Counted from the stretch's first letter, positions 41,578 to 52,130 are shown. The stretch is DNA of 64,000 bases from an uncultured Limnohabitans sp. (GCA_964556425.1 CAZKWC010000006.1:2622-66621); one strand, 5' to 3'. Notes: generated by a model not told the origin, from the sequence alone. A program made the numbers and translations.

Positions 41578-42256
41578 GAAATGTTTTAAAATTTTTAACT
41601 GTTAATTTTTATAAGAAGTAAATTTGCTAATTTTAGTAGTTGGTAGTATTAATTTATTTGACTCTGTGCCAAGTGAGCAGTGCAAACCAAGAGTTTATTA
41701 AGCAATTGATAATCATGTATGAATAACAATAAATTAGCTTATTAAGTGCGCTTGAATAAATGCTATACCAATATACGATGCAAGCTTCTTAAGATGTTAG
41801 CATATTACAAAACTATAGTTTCTTTTGTCAAAATTGAGTAAATCTTGCAAAAAATAATTTTTTGGCTTGCTTAAACTCGTCAAATTTCTTAGCAAAATCA
41901 TTAATTTTGCAGAACCATATAGCAAAATTCAGGGGTCGCAAGCATAATAAGGATTGGAAAATACAATTAGTTGATTTTTATACCTACCGCCATTCCTAGG
42001 AAAGGAAATGCCCAAAAAAAGCGCACTCAAACTTGTACCATAAATGTAGCTAAGAATTTTGCATTGCTAGGTTTCTAAAGTAACAAAAAATATACCGTTT
42101 AAGTGTGCTTTTTAATTTTGCTTAGAGCTAATGAATATAGCATTCACAGTCATCACAAAAAGTATTGAAAGATTGTTTTTGTGCAACTGACCAAAATATC
42201 TCAATGCTTTTACGAATTTTGTCAGAACTATTAAGCTTATCTAGGATAATAGCCAT

Positions 42257-43054
42257 ATGACTACAAAGCTTCTTTTTGGCTTCCATGCCGTGGGTGTAAG
42301 AGTAAAAACTGCCCCAACCTCTATCGTTGAAATTTACATTGATGCCAATCGCCGCGATACCCGTATGCGGCAATTCACTGACAAGGCAAAAAGTGCCCAA
42401 TTAAAAATAATTGAGGCTGACTCGGCTCGTTTAGGTAAATTAGCCGGTTCCAGCAACCACCAAGGAGTGGTTGCCAAGGTCTCTGCCGATGTAAAACAAG
42501 AAAGTCTAGACGAATTATTAGACCGTTTACAAACACCTGAAAATCAGCAAGAACCTCAAGGTGCTTGGGCCAATCCTCTATTTTTGTTGCTCGACAGCGT
42601 TACCGACCCACATAATTTAGGTGCTTGCTTGCGTGTGGCCGATGGTGCAGGTGTGCATGCTGTAGTGGCACCAAAAGATCATGCGGTTGGAGTCAATGCC
42701 ACCGTGGCTAAAGTGGCCAGTGGTGCCGCCGACACCATTCCTTATTTTATGGTTACCAATTTATCTCGTACCATTAAAGAGTTGCAAGAGTGTGGTATTT
42801 GGGTGATTGGCACTAGCGATACTGCCGAGCATTCTATATATGATGTGGATTTAACTGGCCCGGTCGCCCTTGTTTTGGGTGCCGAGGGTACAGGTATGCG
42901 TCAATTAACTGCCAAAAATTGTGACCAACTCGTCAGTATTCCTATGTTGGGTGGGGTTGAAAGTTTAAATGTTTCGGTAGCAAGCGGAGTCTGTTTGTAC
43001 GAGGCGGTACGTCAACGACAAGCATTAGCAAAAACAACTAATAAAGTGGTATAA
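42257..43054 (+). CDS. rlmB: 23S rRNA (guanosine2251-2'-O)-methyltransferase
   Basis: 265 aa. An N-terminal SpoU substrate-binding domain (LLFGFHAV) is joined to a SPOUT domain (LLLDSVTDPHNLGACLR, LVLGAEGTGMR, ESLNVSVASG). Confidence 0.9.
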   Translation: MTTKLLFGFHAVGVRVKTAPTSIVEIYIDANRRDTRMRQFTDKAKSAQLKIIEADSARLGKLAGSSNHQGVVAKVSADVKQESLDELLDRLQTPENQQEPQGAWANPLFLLLDSVTDPHNLGACLRVADGAGVHAVVAPKDHAVGVNATVAKVASGAADTIPYFMVTNLSRTIKELQECGIWVIGTSDTAEHSIYDVDLTGPVALVLGAEGTGMRQLTAKNCDQLVSIPMLGGVESLNVSVASGVCLYEAVRQRQALAKTTNKVV

Positions 43055-43102
43055 AACTTTAACTGTGCAACTTTAGTTTTTCTTTTTATGAAAGTTCCAT
43101 TT

Positions 43103-43450
43103 ATGAAGCGATCTTTTTTTTCAATTTTGACAGTACTGAGTTTGGCATTATTAGCCGTTTCATGTACTCAAGAGCAACAAAATTCAATTAGCCGTAGTGT
43201 CCAAAACTGGACTGGTACCAACGGTGTACTAGAATTTTACGCTGGCGATAAAGTAGCCCGTCGGTTTATGAAAATTGACAAATTAAGCACCGCTATGGGT
43301 ACAGAAGATGGTAAGCCTCGTCCTTATCGTTTTGGATACGGTGTGTTGGACGCAAACCTTAATATGATTGCCGACTCTAACGAGAAAAAAGTGTACTTTG
43401 AAATAAGTGATTACGCTGGCAACTATATTTTCTTTGAAAATCCAAATTAA
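43103..43450 (+). CDS. Small lipoprotein of unknown function
   Basis: ATG 43103 (MKRSFFSILTVLSLALLAVSC, lipobox LAVSC). The protein is about 115 aa. Confidence 0.6.
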   Translation: MKRSFFSILTVLSLALLAVSCTQEQQNSISRSVQNWTGTNGVLEFYAGDKVARRFMKIDKLSTAMGTEDGKPRPYRFGYGVLDANLNMIADSNEKKVYFEISDYAGNYIFFENPN

Positions 43451-43476
43451 TTTTCTGCACAGTCTGTAGTAAAAAT

Positions 43477-43509
43477 CTATTCTTGTGTGTGGCTTGCACA
43501 CAAGAATAG
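43477..43509. terminator. Perfect 13-bp hairpin between convergent genes (no U-tract)
   Basis: CTATTCTTGTGTG-TGGCTTG-CACACAAGAATAG. Confidence 0.5.
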
Positions 43510-43654
43510 GCTACAACTACAACTCTTGGAAAATAACTATTTCAGTGCTTTCATTCGCCTAATCTTTCCTTCAAACACATCACTTAATGTAGTTGTAAGC
43601 CTTGTTGAACTCAAGGCATTGCTGTGGTAGCAGTTGAATCATTTTTTACCTAAG

Positions 43655-44230
43655 CTAACCTAACCATCCCATTGCACCTATCAAAGCGCCAATCGCTAAA
43701 AGTGCCAGCATATGAAAGTTGCTAAGCCAGACCACAAGTGCACTGCAACAGGTTAATAACCATAATGGCCAATGGCTACTAAGGCTACCGTTAGGGCTTG
43801 AAAGTACCCAACCAGTAGCAAACAAAAGTCCCATGACCACCGGTGCCATGCCTTGTTTAAAACTGCGTACAATTATTTTTTCATTGTTCTGATGCGCCCA
43901 TCGGGCCGCCCAATAAGTGATGGTGCTACTAGGCAACATAATGCCTAGCATAGTCACTAATAAGCCCAGAGGTGCCAACCAATAACCGCCTGCATTCATT
44001 CCTACCGTCCAGCCCATTAAACCAACAAATAAAACATTCGGTCCTGGGGCTGCTTGAGCAATAGAAATAGAGGCGTAAAACTGCGACTCGGTAAGCCAAT
44101 GATTCTCGGAGACTAAAAACCTATGCATTTCGGGAACCGTCGAAATAGCCCCTCCCACAGAAAGTAGAGATAACAAAAGGTATTGGCTAAAAAGCTCAAG
44201 CCAATTAGCGGCGGTTAAATGAATGGTCAT
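43655..44230 (-). CDS. Chromate transporter family protein (short-chain CHR, second half)
   Basis: 191 aa, polytopic, with the CHR motif QAAPGPNVLF. Confidence 0.82.
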   Translation of the reverse strand: MTIHLTAANWLELFSQYLLLSLLSVGGAISTVPEMHRFLVSENHWLTESQFYASISIAQAAPGPNVLFVGLMGWTVGMNAGGYWLAPLGLLVTMLGIMLPSSTITYWAARWAHQNNEKIIVRSFKQGMAPVVMGLLFATGWVLSSPNGSLSSHWPLWLLTCCSALVVWLSNFHMLALLAIGALIGAMGWLG

Positions 44231-44257
44231 AAAAAATAAAAAAGTGTGTACTGCAAT

Positions 44258-44881
44258 TTAGGCATGTGCTTTTTGGATTTGTATATAACACCAGCGCCAA
44301 GCAAGAGCGCCTAAAATTAAAATAACCCAACCCAAGGGAAAATGAAAAATCGCGACACTCATAAAACAAGCTAGTGCTAAACATAAGGACATAACAAGGC
44401 CAACAGGGTTACTTTTAAGCGTTTTAAGCAGTTTTAAACCAGTTGCAATAATGAGTCCAGCAGACACTGCCCCCATCCCTTTTAAAGCGCCAATAGCAGC
44501 AGGGTAGTCAAGTAGTTGCGTATAAAGAACTGCGATTAATACTACCACTAGGGTGGGAATAATTAACATGCCGGCCAAAGCGGTAACTGCCCCTTTAAAG
44601 CCAAAAAACCGATGACCAATCATCATGGTTAAATTGACTACATTAGGGCCTGGCATGATTTGCGCAATTGCCCATTCTTCTACAAATTGTTCTGGTGTAA
44701 GCCATTTTTTTTGTTCGACTAAAACTCTTTGGGCAACAGGTAAAACACCCCCAAAGCCTTGTAACGAAAGTGTGGTTAATGCCCAAAAAAGAGCCCTTAG
44801 ATTGTGAGGGTGATTAGTTTGAACTTGTGACACAGGTGGCTTAGGAGTAAAATTGAAGATTGAATTATCAGGGATAAACAA
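44258..44881 (-). CDS. Chromate transporter family protein (short-chain CHR, first half)
   Basis: 207 aa with the CHR motif LSLQGFGG ... AQIMPGPNVVN. The TTG start at 44881 is uncertain. Confidence 0.8.
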   Translation of the reverse strand: MFIPDNSIFNFTPKPPVSQVQTNHPHNLRALFWALTTLSLQGFGGVLPVAQRVLVEQKKWLTPEQFVEEWAIAQIMPGPNVVNLTMMIGHRFFGFKGAVTALAGMLIIPTLVVVLIAVLYTQLLDYPAAIGALKGMGAVSAGLIIATGLKLLKTLKSNPVGLVMSLCLALACFMSVAIFHFPLGWVILILGALAWRWCYIQIQKAHA

Positions 44882-44907
44882 ATGATTTTCCCTTGTTAGC
44901 CAATTTA

Positions 44908-45002
44908 ATCATCTGCTACTAAAGAAGCCTTTAGTAAAACGCTTAACCGCATGCATGGCATGGGCTTGTAAAATGTTAAATGGCCTATATTGTTGGTTTT
45001 TT
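44908..45002 (+). repeat. Conserved intergenic element, copy B
   Basis: The core is AAAACGCTTAACCGCATGCATGGCATGGGCTTG (44936-44968), with GGTTTTTT at 44995-45002. It has the same 67-nt architecture as copy A. Confidence 0.7.
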
Positions 45003-45047
45003 ACCTATAACCTAATGGGTGGGGCAAAACAACTCCAATAGGCCACT

Positions 45048-45080
45048 CAAGTTAGCACTTTTAATGCGGTTAGAGTTGAT
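45048..45080 (-). repeat. Degenerate inverted partial copy (C) of the intergenic element
   Basis: ATGCGGTTA (45064-45072) is the reverse complement of the TAACCGCAT core. CAAG lies 12 nt upstream, the same spacing as in the reverse complement of copies A and B. Confidence 0.4.
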
Positions 45081-45249
45081 ATTGCGTTCCTTAATTAGTT
45101 TTTCCAATCGCTCACACAATAGTTGGTTTCGATTGACGTATTTGTTTCTTATTGGTTTTCACAACTGTCCTTCATTACTCTTAAAAACCGGGCAACACCT
45201 GAACCTGTTTTGCAGTTGTCTTGTGGTTTGCATTTAGCTTTTTATACAC

Positions 45250-47667
45250 ATGTCTCAATATTCTGATGTTTCTTTGTTTCCGAGGTTAGCTAAACCTATT
45301 TCCAGTTACCGAAAGTACTGGGCGAGTCGTTTTGGCACCTCCAAATTTTTACCCATGAGTCGAGAAGAAATGACTCAATTGGGCTGGGATAGCTGCGACG
45401 TGATTTTGGTCACTGGTGATGCATATGTTGACCACCCCAGTTTTGGTATGGCGGTAATTGGCCGTCTCCTCGAAAATCAAGGTTTTAGAGTGGGTATTAT
45501 TGCTCAGCCCGATTGGCAAAGTGCCGACCCATTTAAAGTGTTGGGTAAACCCAATTTGTTTTTTGGCGTCACGGCTGGCAACATGGACTCCATGATTAAC
45601 CGCTATACCGCCGACCGAAAAATCCGTAGCGACGATGCCTACACACCTGGCGATGTGGGTGGTAAACGCCCCGATAGAGCTTGTTTAGTGTATAGCCAAC
45701 GTTGCCGCGAAGCCTACAAAGATGTGCCTATTATTTTAGGCGGCATTGAAGCGTCGCTTAGGCGTATTGCCCATTACGATTATTGGCAAGATAAGGTTCG
45801 TAAATCTATAGTCCTAGATGCTAAAAGTGATTTAGTACTGTATGGTAATGCCGAAAGAGCTATTGTAGAAATTGCCCATAGGTTAGCTGCTAAAGAGCCA
45901 ATTGAACAAATCACCGATGTTCGTGGTACTGCTTTTGTGCGCCGCACCACCATGGATAATACCAACTGGTTTGAAATTGACTCCACTGAAGTCGATAGAC
46001 CAGGACGGGTAGATGAGCATATTAATCCCTACCAAATCATCAACGAGCAAAGCACCGATGATGCCAAAGGCTGTGATGCAGCGCCTAATAAAACACCACT
46101 TGCGCAAGAGCAAACTTTGGTGTTTATGCCGCCCATTAGAGCTAGTCTAAAAGATCAGGGCGTCAAGCGAGAAAACACCGTAATTCGCCTGCCAAGCTTT
46201 GAACAAGTGCGTAGTGACCCTGTTTTATATGCCCATGCGAATCGGGTTTTACACCTTGAAACCAACCCTGGTAATGCTCGTGCTTTAGTGCAAGCCCATG
46301 GCTCTGGCCCTGCCGGTCGTGATGTCTGGATTACTCCGCCACCAGTGCCATTAACCACTCCAGAAATGGACTTGGTTTTTGATTTACCTTATGCCCGAAG
46401 TCCTCATCCCGCATATGCCGATAGCAACGGTAGTTTTGATCACGAAACTAAAATCCCAGCTTGGGAGATGATCCGTTTTAGCGTCAATATTATGCGTGGT
46501 TGTTTTGGTGGCTGCACTTTTTGCTCGATTACCGAACATGAAGGACGCGTCATTCAAAGTCGTTCCGAAGATTCTATTATTAAAGAAGTAGAAGCTATTC
46601 GAGATAGCGTTAAAGGCTTTACCGGTACTATTTCTGATTTAGGTGGACCCACTGCCAATATGTACCGAATTGGCTGTAAAACCCCAGAAATTGAAGCGGC
46701 TTGTCGTAAGCCTAGTTGTGTTTATCCTGGCATTTGCCCTAACTTAAATACCGATCATTCATCTTTAATTAAGCTTTATAGAAGAGCTCGTAGCTTGCCC
46801 GGCATCAAGAAAATTTTGATTGGTTCTGGCATGCGTTATGACTTGGCTGTCGAGTCGCCTGAATACGTCAAAGAGTTGGTGCAGCATCATGTGGGTGGCT
46901 ATTTAAAAATTGCCCCCGAGCACACCGAAACAGGCCCTTTATCTAAAATGATGAAGCCTGGTATTGGTACTTATGATCGTTTCAAATCAATGTTTGAAAA
47001 GTTCAGTAAAGAGGTAGGTAAACAACAATATTTAATTCCTTATTTTATTGCCGCTCACCCTGGCACCTCCGATGAAGACATGCTCAACTTAGCAGTCTGG
47101 CTTAAAAAGAATGGTTTTAAAGCCGATCAAGTGCAAAGTTTTTACCCCTCTCCAATGGCCAGTGCGACAGCCATGTATCACACTGGTAAAAACCCATTGC
47201 GCAAGGTGGGCAGAGATTCTGAAACAGTTGATATTGTTCGTGGCGACAAACGCCGTCGTTTGCACAAAGCATTTTTACGCTATCACGATCCTAATAACTG
47301 GCCCTTATTACGCGAGGCATTAAAAACCATGGGTCGTGCCGATTTAATCGGTAATGGCAAACAACATTTAATTCCTCGCTTTCAGCCGCTTACCGATGGA
47401 AGTTATACTTCGGCAAGACGTGCTAACTCTACACCTGTATCGGGAGCTAGTGCGGGCAAGTTGTTCAAGAAACCGGTAGCAGGTCAAATCTTAACTCAGC
47501 ATACTGGTTTGCCACCAAGGGTAACGGGTAGTGCGGTAGCGGCTAAAGTGGCAACTAAAACCCAAGTGAAACCAAGCGCCAATCGAGTTGCTAGTAAAGC
47601 AAGCAAGCCTAACGTTGGCAATGGCAATGGTTCGGGCACGCTTTATACCAGTAAAAAAAGAGGTTAA
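45250..47667 (+). CDS. ygiQ: YgiQ-family radical SAM protein (UPF0313)
   Basis: 805 aa. It has the N-terminal UPF0313 domain, the radical SAM cluster motif [10 protein letters not shown] and a basic low-complexity C-terminal tail. Confidence 0.9.
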   Translation: MSQYSDVSLFPRLAKPISSYRKYWASRFGTSKFLPMSREEMTQLGWDSCDVILVTGDAYVDHPSFGMAVIGRLLENQGFRVGIIAQPDWQSADPFKVLGKPNLFFGVTAGNMDSMINRYTADRKIRSDDAYTPGDVGGKRPDRACLVYSQRCREAYKDVPIILGGIEASLRRIAHYDYWQDKVRKSIVLDAKSDLVLYGNAERAIVEIAHRLAAKEPIEQITDVRGTAFVRRTTMDNTNWFEIDSTEVDRPGRVDEHINPYQIINEQSTDDAKGCDAAPNKTPLAQEQTLVFMPPIRASLKDQGVKRENTVIRLPSFEQVRSDPVLYAHANRVLHLETNPGNARALVQAHGSGPAGRDVWITPPPVPLTTPEMDLVFDLPYARSPHPAYADSNGSFDHETKIPAWEMIRFSVNIMRGCFGGCTFCSITEHEGRVIQSRSEDSIIKEVEAIRDSVKGFTGTISDLGGPTANMYRIGCKTPEIEAACRKPSCVYPGICPNLNTDHSSLIKLYRRARSLPGIKKILIGSGMRYDLAVESPEYVKELVQHHVGGYLKIAPEHTETGPLSKMMKPGIGTYDRFKSMFEKFSKEVGKQQYLIPYFIAAHPGTSDEDMLNLAVWLKKNGFKADQVQSFYPSPMASATAMYHTGKNPLRKVGRDSETVDIVRGDKRRRLHKAFLRYHDPNNWPLLREALKTMGRADLIGNGKQHLIPRFQPLTDGSYTSARRANSTPVSGASAGKLFKKPVAGQILTQHTGLPPRVTGSAVAAKVATKTQVKPSANRVASKASKPNVGNGNGSGTLYTSKKRG

Positions 47668-47750
47668 AGTAATTCTCGTTTTTGCTTAAGTGGCTGCAAC
47701 TAAAAGTTTTGCAGCTACTTTCATAAGCATAATTCCCTAAAAACCTCACA

Positions 47751-47786
47751 AAAAAGGCTAAGCGATCAGTTGCTTAGCCTTTTTTT
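47751..47786. terminator. Bidirectional terminator between ygiQ and gshA
   Basis: AAAA-AGGCTAAGC-GATCAGTT-GCTTAGCCT-TTTTTT. Confidence 0.85.
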
Positions 47787-47787
47787 A

Positions 47788-49308
47788 TTATTCAACTTGC
47801 AAATTTTTGGGGTCGGTATAAATGACTCGGTATTGTTCAAAATCAATGGTGTCTGACTTTTCAATTGATTTTTGATCTTGCAAAGATTGCTCTGCCATTT
47901 GTGAAAATTCGCTAGCCAAAGTTTGATCTAAACTTTGTTCTTTAAAATAACGGTGAGTGGTTTGCGACTGTGCAAGCGTAAAAGCATTAAATGAGCCATT
48001 AAAACTATTTTGAATGCTTGCTAAGACGCGTGCAGAGGGAAGCTGATCGGGTTGTAGGGCTAATTCTTTTAAAGCAGCTAAAGTGCTTTGGTAAGGGCTA
48101 TTGTCTAGACCTTGATCTAGATTTTGTGCAATGTCTTGGCAGTCGTTTAAAATTTCTAAAACCCAAGTGCTTAACTTGATAGCTTGACCATTTTTAGAAA
48201 GTTGCAAGCCAGGCTCTCGGCCACGACTAGCCACCAAGTGTTGGTTCTGAGCAAGGTCAGCAATTTCTTCTGGGCTATCGGGTGGGCTATCTTGTAAATG
48301 GCATAACAATAAAAACATATCCACAAAACGGCTGGTGTGTTCGTCAATGCCTACTTTAATAAAGGGGTCTAAATCGAGGCAACGCACTTCAATGTACTCC
48401 ACTCCTCGTTCACGCAGGGCGTGTAAAGGACGCTCACCCGAGCGAATAGTACGTTTTGGTCGAATACTGCCGTAGTATTCATTTTCGATTTGTAAAAGAC
48501 TGGTGGCAAGCTGATTGTATTCACCGCCTAAGTTTTGAATGCCTATTTTTTCATATTGTGGGTAATCTTGGGTAAGTGCTTTTTCAAGTGATGCTGCATA
48601 CGCTTCAAGGTGGTTAAAGCTAGCGGCAATAGAGGCCTGAGCTTCACTTTGATAACCCAATTTACCCATACGTAAAGAAGTGGCAAATGGTAAATACAAA
48701 GTGTCTTCACTTAGCGTTTGCAAACCATGATTACGCCCTTGCACAAAACATTTAGACACCGCAGGTGAAGCTCCAAATAAATAAAGCAAAACAAAAAATT
48801 GTCGTCTAAAATTTCTAATAATGGCGAAATAATCTTGGGTGTTTAAGCCCTCTAGTGACCAGTTGTAGTGAATGCCAGAAATCGTTTGCATTCTTCTGCC
48901 ATAGCGGTGACCCAATCCCATACGATAAACACTTTTAGCCCTTGCCACATTGGAAGTGCCATACCTAGCTAAGGGAATGGTTTCATCGGTGGGTAATTTA
49001 CAGGGCATGCTAGAGACCCACATTTTTTCATCCGATAGGCCATTAAAACAAACTTGGTGTAATTGATGCAATTGAGCTAAACATGACTCTACACTAGGAT
49101 GAACACCGGTAATGAGTTCGAGTTGCGACTCGCTGTAGTCAGTTGTAATATGCGGGTGGGTAAGGGCAGAACCTAAAGCAATTGGATGAGGACTTAAGGC
49201 CAAAGCGCCGTTATCTAAAACACGTAAACTTTCTTTTTCTATTCCACGAGACATCTTTTTTACTGTGGTGGCGTTAATAGCATTGATGCGTTGGTTCAAA
49301 GATGTCAT
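47788..49308 (-). CDS. gshA: Glutamate-cysteine ligase (proteobacterial type)
   Basis: 506 aa, colinear with E. coli GshA (RGIEKESLRV, GSALTHPHITTDYSESQLELITG, MPCKLP). Confidence 0.9.
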   Translation of the reverse strand: MTSLNQRINAINATTVKKMSRGIEKESLRVLDNGALALSPHPIALGSALTHPHITTDYSESQLELITGVHPSVESCLAQLHQLHQVCFNGLSDEKMWVSSMPCKLPTDETIPLARYGTSNVARAKSVYRMGLGHRYGRRMQTISGIHYNWSLEGLNTQDYFAIIRNFRRQFFVLLYLFGASPAVSKCFVQGRNHGLQTLSEDTLYLPFATSLRMGKLGYQSEAQASIAASFNHLEAYAASLEKALTQDYPQYEKIGIQNLGGEYNQLATSLLQIENEYYGSIRPKRTIRSGERPLHALRERGVEYIEVRCLDLDPFIKVGIDEHTSRFVDMFLLLCHLQDSPPDSPEEIADLAQNQHLVASRGREPGLQLSKNGQAIKLSTWVLEILNDCQDIAQNLDQGLDNSPYQSTLAALKELALQPDQLPSARVLASIQNSFNGSFNAFTLAQSQTTHRYFKEQSLDQTLASEFSQMAEQSLQDQKSIEKSDTIDFEQYRVIYTDPKNLQVE

Positions 49309-49375
49309 AAAAAATTACGGTAAAAATGTCTGTAAATAAAAAGAACCCAATAAGTGGGTTCATAAAGCAGCTTCT

Positions 49376-50284
49376 TTATTTGAGGGTATGAAGCGGAATA
49401 TCAAGGGTATGGGCAATGTTTTCTAGTTGGCTGCAACTATGAAGTGCGACCCATTTTGCAATAGTTTCATGCATAGAAGATTGCATTATCTGTGCAATCG
49501 CAGAAGGTTCTTGTCCTGCCGCTTGTAAAAGGCGCAGTGCAAAATGAGGTTCTAGGGCAGCAATTGCCACTCGTCCATCTAAACAAGCATATACATTGTA
49601 ACCTGCATGTCCTCCGCCTACCGCCTTGCCAGGGGTGGTTAAACCCCAATGCCTTGGTAGCGCTAAATAAGCGGCTGCGTCTGACAGAGCAATCTCTTTG
49701 TATTGACCAGCTGCTACTTCGCTTGACGAGCTATTTTTTTGTTGAGCCAACAAGAGCTGTAAAACAGCTTCGGTGGTGAGTAAAGAGCCCGCCATATCAG
49801 CATATAAAGAGGGTGGCAAATTGAGCCCAGTAATTAAATCATTTTCCGCCATATAGGTTAAATCATGACCCGGTTCTTCGGCTCTAGCACCAGGAGAGCC
49901 TACTATAGCGATTTGATTGAGATGGGGATAACGTTGATGCAAAGTTTCCCAATCAAGGCCTAATTTGCGCATAGCAGAAGGCCTAAAGGAGGTTATTAGG
50001 ATATGACTTTGCGACAGCTCTTGATGGAGGGTGTTTTGGCCATCAGTAGATTTCAGGTCTGCTACTACTAATCTAACCCCTTGGTGCATGGTCTGGTAGG
50101 CATTAGGCTGATAACTGCCCATTGGGTCGCCCGAGCTATTATGCGGTAAATTGGCTGGGGGCTCTAATTTGACACATTCAGCCCCCATTTGCTGACAGCG
50201 CATAAGGGCGGCAGGGCCAGGCAAATTAAGGGCTAAACTAAGAATTCGAATTCCGCTTAAGACAGGTGTGTTGTGACTCATCAT
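49376..50284 (-). CDS. CaiB/BaiF family III CoA-transferase-like protein
   Basis: 302 aa with the N-terminal signature GIRILSLALNLPGPAALMRCQQMGAECVKLEPP. It is shorter than typical members of the family. Confidence 0.65.
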   Translation of the reverse strand: MMSHNTPVLSGIRILSLALNLPGPAALMRCQQMGAECVKLEPPANLPHNSSGDPMGSYQPNAYQTMHQGVRLVVADLKSTDGQNTLHQELSQSHILITSFRPSAMRKLGLDWETLHQRYPHLNQIAIVGSPGARAEEPGHDLTYMAENDLITGLNLPPSLYADMAGSLLTTEAVLQLLLAQQKNSSSSEVAAGQYKEIALSDAAAYLALPRHWGLTTPGKAVGGGHAGYNVYACLDGRVAIAALEPHFALRLLQAAGQEPSAIAQIMQSSMHETIAKWVALHSCSQLENIAHTLDIPLHTLK

Positions 50285-50562
50285 ATCGTTTAAAAAACTA
50301 AAAGGACTCTAATTGACTACGATTGAGCTGTTTTTGTCAATCAATTAAATTACTGTTATATAATAGTGGCAAGTCAAATAGATGACTTAGTACGGGGGCT
50401 TGCTAAATTTTTGAATTTTTTTAGATTTCAAAAAATTAACAAAAAAGTCGTGCTATAATTTATTTCTCAAGTAAGTGAGCTTCTTTTGTCTCTCTTACAA
50501 GTATTTAAAAAATAACAATTTTTTTAAATAATATACATTTTAGGTGTATAATATAAACAGTT

Positions 50563-50639
50563 CGGAGTGTGGCGCAGTCTGGTAGCGCACCTGGTTTGGG
50601 ACCAGGGGGTCCAAGGTTCGAATCCTTGTACTCCGACCA
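50563..50639 (+). tRNA. tRNA-Pro (anticodon UGG)
   Basis: The cloverleaf was folded by hand. It has the C1:G72 pair typical of proteobacterial tRNA-Pro, anticodon loop UUUGGGA, T-loop TTCGAAT and an encoded CCA. Confidence 0.95.
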
Positions 50640-50682
50640 TAATTTCTTACAAAAAAGCTCACCTGGTGGGCTTTTTTCGTAT

Positions 50683-50759
<77 letters not shown>

Positions 50760-51251
50760 AATTCTCTTGCACTATTTACTTCCCCATCTTTCTTCTTCAT
50801 CATTTTTCGATGAATTATTCTCCGCTTTCTTTGCTTTTTCCACTATCATGCGTTTGCTTTCATGGCCTACGATACGTGTGATATAAAAACTGTTTCAATT
50901 TTTATCAGTAGCCTCTTGCCTACAATTTTTTAATAATTTAATATTACGCAAAAAAGTAGTTGTATGTTTTAATAAAAGAAGTTTTAAAATTCTTTAAAAA
51001 GTTAATTGCGTTTAGTCAGTTTTTTTAAAACACTACTTTATTCCACGGGTTTTGACAGTTAATTTGTAAATTACAACTTCTGTCACGATATTTCTTTCAA
51101 TTATTTATTAGTAATTCGACCACGCAGCGAAATTAAAACTTATAATTTAACCCATAATAAGTTTTATAATCGATTTCAGCTTGGGCTTCATCTCCCAAAT
51201 TTTAATTCAGCAAGAACATTCAAGTTTAAGCACTCACTCACAGCAACAACT

Positions 51252-51995
51252 ATGCCATACGAGGCGGATTATCAGTTACTTGCAATTATTGCTTCATCAG
51301 CCAACCTACATGATTTGGCTGATGCGCTGTTACCTGTCGCTCACATTTTAGAGTGCAAGGATTTTAGTTTAGTATTAAACTGTCAGCGCCCTCTGGTGCC
51401 CGATTTGTTTTACGCCTTTTCGTCAAATGCGCAATGGGCTCAAATTTATTTACAAAATGATCTTCACAAAGAAGATCCCATCTTGCATAAATCTCTCGAT
51501 CAACCGCTTGCATTTATCTGGACTCATGACCACCAACCTCAAATCGAAAGTCAATTTTGGTCGCTCACTCAAGTTTTCAATTTTGAAAACGGCTACGCCA
51601 TACCTGTCAATTTTGGTTCGCAATGGAAGGGGTACATCAGTTTTAATAGTCCTAAACCAGTAAGCACATCACTACTAACCGACTCTCTCATTCATAAATG
51701 GTTAAATAGTGTGGTTGCAGGCGTGCATCACATGCTAATGCAAAAGGTTTTACCCCATGTAATGGCCGAAGCTGTACCAAAACTCAGTAAAAGAGAAATA
51801 GAGTGCTTAGGCTGGGCTGCAAGTGGTAAAACCTCTTGGGAAATTGCTGGCATCATGACTCTTTCCGAAGCCACAGTGGTGTTTCACCTTAATAATCTCA
51901 TTAGAAAACTCAAGGTCAAAAATCGTACCCAAGCCATAGCAGTAGGTATGTCGCTTGGTTTATTGGCACAACATAAAGTCACTCATCAAATTTAA
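51252..51995 (+). CDS. LuxR-family transcriptional regulator with an autoinducer-binding domain (LuxR solo)
   Basis: 247 aa. It has W62-x3-Y66-x8-D75-P76-x13-W90, the spacing of TraR W57/Y61/D70/P71/W85. The C-terminal GerE HTH carries E-x3-L-x5-G (REIECLGWAASG). Confidence 0.88.
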   Translation: MPYEADYQLLAIIASSANLHDLADALLPVAHILECKDFSLVLNCQRPLVPDLFYAFSSNAQWAQIYLQNDLHKEDPILHKSLDQPLAFIWTHDHQPQIESQFWSLTQVFNFENGYAIPVNFGSQWKGYISFNSPKPVSTSLLTDSLIHKWLNSVVAGVHHMLMQKVLPHVMAEAVPKLSKREIECLGWAASGKTSWEIAGIMTLSEATVVFHLNNLIRKLKVKNRTQAIAVGMSLGLLAQHKVTHQI

Positions 51996-52130
51996 AGCAC
52001 TTCACAGCTACTTTAAAATGAAACAAAAAAGCCAAGCACAAATGTTGCTTGGCTTTTTACTTGATTTTATCTTCAGCTTGCCTAATAGTAAGCCGTAAAA
52101 AACAGGCTTACCACTAAGTTCACTTTAGTT

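Noticed and set aside
45019-45237. 72-aa ORF in the chrA/ygiQ intergenic region.
   Set aside because: It has no RBS, an odd composition (Leu/Ser/Phe/Cys-rich) and overlaps the repeat-containing promoter region. It is probably non-coding.
50385-50400. GTACGGGGGCTTGC upstream of tRNA-Pro as a further copy of the intergenic element (it resembles GGTACGGGCTTGG of copy A).
   Set aside because: Only about 12 nt are similar, and the TTAACCGCATG core and the GGTTTTTT end are absent. It cannot be distinguished from chance.
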